NCBI GenBank assembly: GCA_000092065.1
Contig: CP000590.1
Reading direction: 5' to 3' (one strand)
Source of the DNA: Ostreococcus lucimarinus
Taxonomy: Eukaryota
DNA length: 64,000 bases
In this document: piece by piece, positions 43,702 to 51,846 of the stretch
How the letters are laid out: each line of letters starts with the position of its first letter
Position numbering within the stretch: position 1 is the stretch's first letter
Translations under genes and position numbers: made by a program
Notes under the pieces: model-generated
The model's database searches: none
What the model saw: the letters and a program-made list of their open reading frames with translations, nothing else
Told to the model about the DNA's origin: nothing

Positions 43702-44915
43702 TCAGTCGGAGATGAGAATCACGTCGGCGTCTCGGTCGAGTTTCTGCTGCTTCGCGCGGCGCGCGTTCTCTTCTTCGTCTTCGTCTTCGTTTTCGCCTTC
43801 GTCGTCGTCGTCTTCTCGCTTGTGCAGAGAAAGGTGAATCATGCAGTGATCGGAATCCATGAAACAAGACATAGGCATCGATTGTGCCGTGGTGTCGTCG
43901 AATCGATCGGTGGAGGTTTCGCACGACTTGATGCGCGCGACCAACTTACGCGGCACGACGAAGTAGTCTAATCGCATGCCCTGCCAACCGTCCAAACCTT
44001 GACCTCGCGTAGAACGCCAAGTGTACGTCAAACGATCGCCGTTAAAGGCGCGATAAGTGTCCACCATATCCGTCGCGGCTAAAATGTCGGTGAATCGTCG
44101 GCGTTCCGGGAGCGTAAAACCGCCCACCCCCTCGAAGAGCCGTGGACTCGGTCCGACGTCATGATCCTGGTGTGCCACGTTCAAATCACCCATCCACACC
44201 ACATCCTTCTTCCCTCTGTAGTTTTCCAGAAACCTTTGAACTCGAAAGTCCCACAGCGCGCGCTTTTCGTACCGCTCGGCGTTGCTCCCGTTGTGCGGCA
44301 CGTACGTGTTCAACACAATCATCTTTTCGTATTCGAGCATCAGCACTCGCCCTTCGTTCGTGTCGATTTCATCGGGCGTCACGTCCCGCCCATCGAGCGC
44401 CAACGTCCTGGCGACTCGAATCGGTTTCGCCAAACATTTCTTCACCATCGTGATGACGCCGGCGCGCCGCGCGTTCGCCAAACAATAATACGCGTCGTAA
44501 TTCTTAAACGGCCGTCGCCCCATCAGTGCCTCGATGAATGCCTTCTCGTCTCGTAACTTTTTATCCTCAGCCCCCATCTTCGCGTGATCCCTGCGCGTTT
44601 CGATCGAATCACCGTCAGTCCTTCGTCTCGCGCGTCTCGCGCGTCGCCGACGAATCAAAGCACATCGAATCGAATCTCGCACCATTTGCCCGTTCCCTTT
44701 CCCATCTCCTCGCACTTCAGCCACACCTCCTGCAACGCTATCACGTCCGGTCGTTTTCGCATCACGTTTTCGCTCAGCGCGAGCAGCGCACGCGTGCGTC
44801 GTCCGTTCGGGTCGCTCTTGTCTCTGATTCTGTTGAGCAATCCGTTCGCGTTCCACGACGCGAACGACAGCGGCTCGGACGCGTCCTCGACCGTGAACGC
44901 CTCCGTCATCGCCAT
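43702..44915 (-). CDS. AP endonuclease / exodeoxyribonuclease III family (APE1/ARP-like). Two exons: 44683..44915 and 43702..44590, with a 92-bp intron.
   Basis: Exon 1: SFASWNANGLL...PDVIALQEV. Exon 2: YDAYYCLANARRAGV...GRVLMLEYEKMIVLNTYVPHNG...VVWMGDLNVAHQDHD...YTWRST...GMRLDYF...SDHCMIHL. Donor AAATG|gtgcga and acceptor cgcgcag|G give a phase-2 junction. Start at the ATG 44915 or 44909. Confidence 0.7.
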
Positions 44916-45024
44916 GAGTTCGCGCTCGAGCGCGCTCGCGCCCGACGTCGACGCGTCGCCCATGTCGAGTTTAATCGACGCTCGCGGCGAAGTGTCGTCA
45001 CTTTTCGACGGCGTTTCGCGCGCC

Positions 45025-46077
45025 ATGACGCTCTACGGCGCGTTCATGGCGCTCGTCGAGCGCAACGCGGTGCCAGACGTCGTGCTGCGCGCGGGAATAC
45101 GCCGTAACCTGCGCGTGAAGTGCCTGAAAACGTTCGCGAACGTCGAAGATGAGCTGCGATGCGAGCAGGATTTCATCGAGGATTTGCGCCGACGGGAAAC
45201 GATCGCGATCGAGACGGACAAGGCGAACGAACAGCACTACGAGGTGCCGACGTCGTTTTACGAGCTCTGCCTCGGGTCTAAGAAGAAGTACTCGTGCTGC
45301 TTGTACGAGGACGCGAGGACGACGCTGGACGACGCCGAGACGGCGATGCTGGAAAAGTATTGCGAGCGAGGCGAATTGAAAGACGGGATGGCCGTGCTCG
45401 AGCTCGGGTGCGGATGGGGGTCGCTGTCGCTGTATCTCGCGGAAAAGTACCCGAAATCGAAGATCTGTGGGGTGAGCAACAGTAAGACGCAAAAAGAGTT
45501 TATCGACGGCGAGGCGGCGAAACGAGGGCTGACGAATTTGGAAATCGTCACGCAAGACGTGAATAAGTTTGAACCGCCGGGAGGGTTGGGGTCGTACGAT
45601 CGAATCGTTTCCATCGAAATGTTTGAGCACATGAAGAATTACGACACGCTGTTCCAGCGGTGCGAGACGTGGTTGAAACCGGGTGGGTGCATGTTCGTCC
45701 ATATATTTTGCCACAAGACGTACCCGTTTCACTACGACGTCGAGGACGAGAGCGATTGGATGTCCAAGTATTTTTTCACCGGTGGCACGATGCCGACGGA
45801 TAGGATGTTTGCGTACTTTGCGCGAAAGTTGCACTTAAAGCGACAGTGGCGCGTGAATGGAAAGCATTATTCGAGGACGTGCGAGGATTGGCTCCGAAAT
45901 CTCGACAAAAACTATAAAAAAGCGGCGCCGATTTTGGACGAAACGTACGGCAAACAAAATCGCACGAAGTGGTACGTGTATTGGAGGTTGTTCTTTCTCA
46001 GCTGTTCCGAGCTCTTCAATTACAACGACGGCAATGAGTGGTACGTCGGGCACTATTTGTTCGAGAAGCTCGCGTGA
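45025..46077 (+). CDS. SAM-dependent methyltransferase of the cyclopropane-fatty-acyl-phospholipid synthase (CFA synthase/CMAS) family
   Basis: HYEVPTSFYELCLGSKKKYSCCLYED (CMAS HYDL.N.FY...YSCAYF), SAM motif VLELGCGWGSL, IVSIEMFEHM, GGCMFVHIF. Alternative in-frame ATGs at 44914 and 44962 would overlap the divergent APE gene. Confidence 0.7.
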   Translation: MTLYGAFMALVERNAVPDVVLRAGIRRNLRVKCLKTFANVEDELRCEQDFIEDLRRRETIAIETDKANEQHYEVPTSFYELCLGSKKKYSCCLYEDARTTLDDAETAMLEKYCERGELKDGMAVLELGCGWGSLSLYLAEKYPKSKICGVSNSKTQKEFIDGEAAKRGLTNLEIVTQDVNKFEPPGGLGSYDRIVSIEMFEHMKNYDTLFQRCETWLKPGGCMFVHIFCHKTYPFHYDVEDESDWMSKYFFTGGTMPTDRMFAYFARKLHLKRQWRVNGKHYSRTCEDWLRNLDKNYKKAAPILDETYGKQNRTKWYVYWRLFFLSCSELFNYNDGNEWYVGHYLFEKLA

Positions 46078-46140
46078 GACGACGACGCCGCGGCGTCTTT
46101 CATTTAATATTTCACAGTTTTACAACACAGCTGTACAACA

Positions 46141-47183
46141 CTAGCCCCCTTCGCGATTGATCTCCGCGAGCTCGGCACGAATCATATCTTGAATCGTCTG
46201 CGCGCCCTTACTCTTGACGTTCATCGTGAACGACGATTCGTCGTCCCAATCTTCGTCTTCGTCTTCGTCGTCCCATTCGTCTTCGTCGCCGTCGCTCGCG
46301 TCGCTCGTCGGCTTCTTCGCGCCCTCCTTCTTCTTTGGACGAGACTTCCCCATCGCCAAGCCTTTAGCCTCGTACTTTGCGTCTTTGACAGATTTTGCCT
46401 TTTCTCGCCGCTTCGCCTTCTTGCGCTCCTCGTTCCGCTCGCGACGGTAGACGATTAAACTGCTCACGAATTTGAGCACCTCGTCGCGACCCTCCGCGGT
46501 GACGCTGCTCGTGGAAATCATCGACGGCAAGCGATGCCACTTCTCGTCCAACTTGCGCCGCAGCGCCGCTTTGTTTTCATCCACGCTCGGCATCCCGGGT
46601 TTGTCTCGATCACACTTCGTGAACACGATCGTGAACGGCGTCTCGTGTTCGATGAGCCAATTCGCGTATCGCTCGTCGTTCTCCGTCGGCGGCACGCTCG
46701 CGTCCACCAACAAAAGCACCCCCGCGAGATTTTCCCTGCGCACGAAGTAATCCTTCGTGAACGCGTCCCATCGCTCGATCGCCTCCGCGTCCGCCTTCGC
46801 GTATCCGTACCCCGGCAAATCCACCAACCGCCACTTTTTATCCACTAAATAATGATTCATGCTCACCGTCGTCCCCGGCTTCGCGCTCACCGCCGCCGCG
46901 CCCGCGCCGAACGTGATCGAATTCAACAGCGACGACTTCCCCACGTTCGACCTTCCGATGAGCGCGATTTCCGGCAATCCATCGCTCGCCGGCGCATCGC
47001 TCGCGTCCTCGCTCGAGCTTTCGAACGCCACCTTCGCCATCTTCTTCTCCCGCGTCAGCTTTTCGTTCGGCGGCGGCAGCGTCTGCGCGCGCGCGCCCAC
47101 GCGCAGCACCGGTCGCGCGTCTCGCCGTCCCAGCGGCGCCGTCGGATCGAACCCGGCCACGAACACCGCGCCTTCCCTCGCGC

Positions 47184-47230
<47 letters not shown>

Positions 47231-47364
47231 CGTCCGCGCCCACCGCGTCCCGGCGGCGCCGCGCGCCCGCGTCCACCGCGTCCACCGCGCGCGCCGCTCG
47301 CCCGCGCGCGCGGCGCCGCGAATCCTCGACGCATCGCGCGCGTCGTCGTCGCGCGCGTCGCCAT
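46141..47364 (-). CDS. engB: Ribosome-biogenesis GTPase EngB/YihA (organellar), with N-terminal transit peptide (T17 tract) and C-terminal K/E- and acidic-rich tail
   Basis: G1 GRSNVGKSSLLN, G2 GTT, G3 DLPGYG, G4 TKCDRDK. Family spacing matches EngB. Confidence 0.8.
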
Positions 47365-47621
47365 CGCGACGCGTCGACGTGTGCGCGCTCGCGCGAACGA
47401 TCGATCGTCCGCATTCCGCGCGCGCGGCGACGCGCGGCCGACCGTCGCGTCGTCGCGCGCGACGCCGCGTCGACCGCGCGCGCGCGAGGGTCGACGCGAA
47501 AAAAATTCGCGCGCGCGACGCGGCGACGCGGCGTCGCGTCGCGCGTCGCGTCGCGGCGCGGACGCCGCTCGAGCGTCGCGCGCGCGGCGGACCGCGACAC
47601 AACGACGCGCGACGGGCGTCG

Positions 47622-48679
47622 ATGGGGAAGCGCGCGGCGCCCGACGCGACGACGGGCGACGCGGAGAGCCGACGGGTCGAGCGCGAGGCGAAGTGTCGCG
47701 GGACGGTCGAGGCGCTGAACGCGCAGTTCGCGGCGTGGATCGCGCGACGCGCGATCGAATCGCCGATCGTGAGTTGGCGTCGAGGGTGCGAGGATTACTT
47801 GAAACATCTCGATCGCGTCAAGGTGCGCGAACGCCCGGGCGATGCGATGCGCGCGCGCGAGTTTTTGCTCGCGACGAGGCGACGCGCGACGCGACGAGGC
47901 GACGCGTCGACGCGAACGTGAGGACTGAATGAATGAGACGACGACGCGCGCAGGTTGATTTCGGCGACGTGTTGGAACGCGTCGAGGACGAGAACGACGG
48001 AGAGACGACGAAGGCGACGACGACGGCGAGCGATGGGCGCGTGGACGCGAAGGGGAGCGTGAATCCGTTCGGGGGGGGCGCGGTGGCGGCGGTGCCGGCG
48101 GCGGGATCGATTTTTGGGAGTTTGCCGACGGCGCCGGGATCGACGTTTGGCGCGCCGTTCGGCGGCGGCGGGGGGCTGTTCGGCGGTGGGACGGCGCCGG
48201 GCGCGGGGACGGCGGCGGACGACGAGGACGAGGATGAGCCCGCGCGACCGAGCTCGCCGTCGTATCAGGCCAACGAGGCGGTGGAGGACGAGAAAGAGGT
48301 GGTGCTCTTGCGCGTCGGCAAGGTGAAATTTCACACGAAGAAGGACGCCGGGGATAAAAATTGGGCCGATCGCGGGGTGAATAGCTTTGAGTTTAGACGC
48401 GAAAAGGCGCCGAGCGAGGGCGACGTGAAGCGCTGTAGGTTGCTGATGCGAAACACCATCGGTAAAGCGGTGTTAAACGCGGGTTTGTACCCGAAAATGT
48501 CCTCGCAATTGACTGAAAAGAAGATGAAGGATGGGAGCGCCGTTCAAAACGGCTTGATCGCCACCGTGTTCAACGCCGAGGAAGAAAACCAAAAAGTCAT
48601 GGTTTATTTACGTTTCGGCAAGGAGAGCGACGCGAAAGAGTTACACAAGCTCATCTCCGAAAACGTGGCGACGCTTTAG
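47622..48679 (+). CDS. NUP50: Nucleoporin NUP50/Nup2-like with C-terminal Ran-binding domain. Two exons: 47622..47822 and 47944..48679, with a 121-bp intron.
   Basis: N-terminal MGKRAAPDATTGD...LNAQFAAWIARRAIESPIVSWRRGCEDYLKHL parallels NUP50 MAKR...LNCSVRDWIVKHV..NPLCDLTPIFKDYEKYL. C-terminal RanBD: KEVVLLRVGKVKFHTKK...CRLLMRNTIGKAVLNAGLYPKMS...KVMVYLRFGKESDAKELHKLISE. Donor AAG|gtgcgc, acceptor gcgcag|GTT. Confidence 0.65.
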
Positions 48680-48755
48680 CAAACATAATTATTGAACCGC
48701 GTGCTTCGCAATTAATTACAAGAGAAATCGAGCGACGACGTCAATCGAAACTCAA

Positions 48756-49619
48756 TTAATCCCCCTCTCGGCGCCCACCGCCCCAACTCGTGAGCTCCTC
48801 GACCTCCTCCCACGCGATCGCGCACGCCTCTCTCGTCGCCCCGCTCGCGCACAGTTCGATCGCGCGCGCCACCGCCGCCTCCACCGCGCTCCGCCTCGCC
48901 GCGCTCGGATCCGCCTCGCCGCTCGTCGCCGCGTCTCCGTCCTCCTCTCTCGCCATCAACCGTCCGCGCGCCTCGAGCGTGCCCTCCGCCACCGTGCACT
49001 CCCCCAACCCTCGACACGGCAGCGATCCCATGAGCGGATCCTTCGCTAATCGTTCGCGCATCTCCTTCGCCTTGGCCCGTTTCGCCGCCTCCTCCGCCTT
49101 CGTCGTCTTCCCGCGCGCGTTCAAATCCAAATCCTCCCCCTCTCCGCGCGTTCGCACCCCCGCTCGAGACGCCGCGTCTCGCACCTCCGCCACCTCTTCC
49201 CACGCCGTCACGCAGCTCGCGCTCGCCGTCCCCTCTTCCTCGCACGACGCCTTCGCGCGTTCCACGGCTTCGCGTAAAATCATCTCCAGTCGTCCCCTCC
49301 GCGCGTCGTCCCTCGCCGTCGTCGCCGCGTCCTCGTCCGCTCGCGTCGCGCCGTACAGCGTCTCCAGCGCCACCGCCGCGATCTTCGCCTGCGCCGCGCT
49401 CAGCTCGACGCGCCGCTCGACGCGCGCGCCGTCGTCGTCGTCGCGGGACGTCGCGTCGGCTTTGAAATCGTCGAAATCATCGTCTTCGCGCGCGCCTCGC
49501 GCTCGACCCGTCGCGCGTCGCGCTCGACGGCTCGCGCGCGACGCGCGGGAAGGGCGCGCGAACGACCTCGAGCGCTGATTCGGCGCCCGCACCGCCGCGG
49601 GCGTCGCGAGACGCGTCAT
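48756..49619 (-). CDS. CP12-domain protein with two CP12-like C-terminal motifs (Calvin-cycle GAPDH/PRK regulator family), chloroplast transit peptide
   Basis: Two copies of Cx(7-9)C-AWEEV(E/A)E(L/V): SCEEEGTASASCVTAWEEVAEV and CASGATREACAIAWEEVEELTS. Start at the ATG 49619 (MTRLATPAAVRAP...). The ORF-track extension to 50264 is poly-Arg low complexity. Confidence 0.5.
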   Translation of the reverse strand: MTRLATPAAVRAPNQRSRSFARPSRASRASRRARRATGRARGAREDDDFDDFKADATSRDDDDGARVERRVELSAAQAKIAAVALETLYGATRADEDAATTARDDARRGRLEMILREAVERAKASCEEEGTASASCVTAWEEVAEVRDAASRAGVRTRGEGEDLDLNARGKTTKAEEAAKRAKAKEMRERLAKDPLMGSLPCRGLGECTVAEGTLEARGRLMAREEDGDAATSGEADPSAARRSAVEAAVARAIELCASGATREACAIAWEEVEELTSWGGGRREGD

Positions 49620-50062
49620 GAGACGCGGCCGGTGCGGCGCGGAGTGCCGCACATCGCCGCGCCGCGACGCGCATGCCGTGCGCGCACTGCGAGCGCATCG
49701 CGCGCGTCGCGGACGACGCGCTCCGCGACGCCGCGCGCGCGCTGCGAGCGACGACGCGCGAGCGCGACGCGCTGGCGCGAGAGCTCGCGCGCGCGCGCGA
49801 GACGGTGACGGAGACGCAGCGCGCGGCGAACGACGCGCTCGTCGCCGCGCTCGAGGCGGCGACGAGGCGCGGAGGCGCGGAGGCGTTCGCGCGCGATCGG
49901 GGGAGCGAGACGAAGGCGCGCGGCGTTCGGGCGGTGTTCGACGACGTCGGGCCGGTGCCGACGACGCCGACGGGACGCGACGGGCGACGGAACGAGTAGA
50001 GAGGGAACGGGCGTCGTCGATGCGATGCGTCGCGTCGGTAGCGTGTATTATTATTATTAGAT

Positions 50063-51073
50063 TTATCGCGGTGCGCCGTCGGTGGACGTCGGCGCGTCGT
50101 CGTCGTCGTCGGCGGTCGGCGACGCGTCTTCGTCTTCGTCTTCGTCTTCGTCTTCGTCTCGCGCGCGCTCGGCGTCTTTGATTTTCGCGTCCGCCTCGTT
50201 CGATCGATTCGCGATTTTCACCACCTTGCGCGCGGGCACGACGGCTTCTATGGCTTCGCCCCAATCGCCGCGCTCGAGAAACGACGTCAAGACGTCCGCC
50301 GTTTGGTTCACGGTGAGCACGGGCGCGCCGCGCGTCTCGAGAAACTCGCCGATCGGCAACCGCGCGTGTTCGACGCCCAATTCCCGAGCCTTGCGCAGCG
50401 TCAGCCCTTTGTGTCGATTACGATCGATGAACCCACCGATGACGTACGTCTTCCCCGCCTCTATCTCGCGCAGTTCGCGCTCGCTATCGGCGGTGAGATA
50501 CACGAGCGACTTCGCCGTCGTCTCGCTCTCCGCCGCCGTCTCCCTCAACGTCTTCCCCAACCGCACGACGTGCCAATTCTCCCACCCCGCGTTCATCCTT
50601 CCCATCTGTTCCTCGAACGCTTCGCTCATTCGCGTGAAGCTCATCTTAAACGGCGCCGTCGTCTTACAATTCCTCTCGTACGCCGCGCGCAACTGTTTCA
50701 TCAAGCTCCCCCACCGCTCGCGTTCCATCGTCGTCGTCAGATCCTCGTCGCAATCGATCGTCAATCCGTACGCCGACGAGAGCTGCGCCCGTCGCCTTTC
50801 CTTCCTCTCCGCCGTCTCGCGTCGTCGCGCCTCGATCCTCGCGCCGCGCTCGACGAAAAACGCGTCCCGCGCCTCGCTCGACATCGCGTTCACTTTGGAG
50901 TGAAACGCCGCCTTGGTCGACGCCGCGACGTCGGCTTTGCGCCTCTTCGCCTCGGCGCGCTTCGCGAGCTTGGCGTCGCATCGTCGCTGTCGCTTGAGCC
51001 GCTTTTTCATCGCGCGCTTGCTCTCGGCGCGCCGGACGACGTCGCCATCGTCGCCGTCGTCGCGGGTCGCCAT
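50063..51073 (-). CDS. TRM10: tRNA (guanine/adenine-9-N1)-methyltransferase TRM10/TRMT10 (SPOUT class)
   Basis: LTIDCDEDLT...SLVYLTADSERELREIEAGKTYVIGGFIDRNRHKGLTLRKARELGVEHARLPI...PVLTVNQTADVL matches the TRM10 SPOUT core. Basic N-terminus from the ATG at 51073. Confidence 0.7.
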   Translation of the reverse strand: MATRDDGDDGDVVRRAESKRAMKKRLKRQRRCDAKLAKRAEAKRRKADVAASTKAAFHSKVNAMSSEARDAFFVERGARIEARRRETAERKERRRAQLSSAYGLTIDCDEDLTTTMERERWGSLMKQLRAAYERNCKTTAPFKMSFTRMSEAFEEQMGRMNAGWENWHVVRLGKTLRETAAESETTAKSLVYLTADSERELREIEAGKTYVIGGFIDRNRHKGLTLRKARELGVEHARLPIGEFLETRGAPVLTVNQTADVLTSFLERGDWGEAIEAVVPARKVVKIANRSNEADAKIKDAERARDEDEDEDEDEDASPTADDDDDAPTSTDGAPR

Positions 51074-51129
51074 GACGCGCGCGCCGCGCTCTATCACCGT
51101 CGTTTTCGCTCTACATCCGTCGGCGGACG

Positions 51130-51142
51130 ATAACCCTAAATC
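51130..51142. promoter_or_regulatory. Telo-box-like AACCCTAAA motif about 60 bp upstream of the TRM10 start codon
   Basis: gataaccctaaatc read directly. Confidence 0.35.
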
Positions 51143-51321
51143 AGAAGGAGATTATTTGTTACACAAAATTGTTCACGACTACGACGCGAAGACATATAAA
51201 TAGAGCGCTCAAGACTTGGTAAACGACCGTCCGCGCCCCGAAACGCGGCGTCACACGCGCGCGCGGGACCACTCGCGAGCGAACGAACGAACGAGCGACA
51301 CGTTTCAAATTTCTTTTCTTC

Positions 51322-51477
51322 ATGGCGTGCGATAAGTGCGGCGACGCGTGCGCGTGCGGCCCGGGTGCGTGCGCGTGCGCGAGCGCGCTGACGTGTCATG
51401 CGTGCGGGCACAAGAGTTGCGGCTGCGCGCGATGTAGATGCGCGTGCGATTCGTGCCAGTGCCAGACGAAGAAGTGA
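51322..51477 (+). CDS. Candidate metallothionein-like small Cys-rich protein (51 aa, 15 Cys), not in the >=60-aa ORF track
   Basis: MACDKCGDACACGPGACACASALTCHACGHKSCGCARCRCACDSCQCQTKK. Repeated CxC/CxxC pairs. ATG in TTCATGG context. TATAAATA at 51197..51206 (~115 bp upstream). Sits alone in a 370-bp gap between the TRM10 promoter and TRAP1. Caveat: GCGTGC-rich DNA can yield Cys-Ala runs by chance. Confidence 0.35.
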   Translation: MACDKCGDACACGPGACACASALTCHACGHKSCGCARCRCACDSCQCQTKK

Positions 51478-51686
51478 TGATTGCGTCACTTTTTTCGTCG
51501 GCGCATTCCGCCGCGCGCGCTCGGGGCGCGAGTTCCGAGGGCGACCGCGGAGGATGCGACCGAGGGCGACCGCGGAGGATGCGACCGAGGGGAAGGATGA
51601 AAGTTACCGTGGCAACACTCAATAGCAGTGCTTTTCAATCAATCAATACACGATTTTCCACTGAAACAACTTTTTAATGAATAATA

Positions 51687-51706
51687 CTAAACCCTAAACC
51701 CTAAAC
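51687..51706. repeat. Interstitial plant-type telomere repeat (CTAAACCCTAAACCCTAAAC, ~3 units) in the TRAP1 promoter
   Basis: Direct reading, 140 bp upstream of the TRAP1 ATG. Confidence 0.7.
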
Positions 51707-51846
51707 TAAGTAAGGCGTTAATGAATAATAAGGCGTCGCGCGCGTCTTTGTATGGGTCGGTCGGTCGGTGTCGCGTCGCGTCCTTCGCGCGTCCACGGCG
51801 TTCGCGACGCCGAAATCCGCGTCGCACGACGACGCGGATTTCGGCG

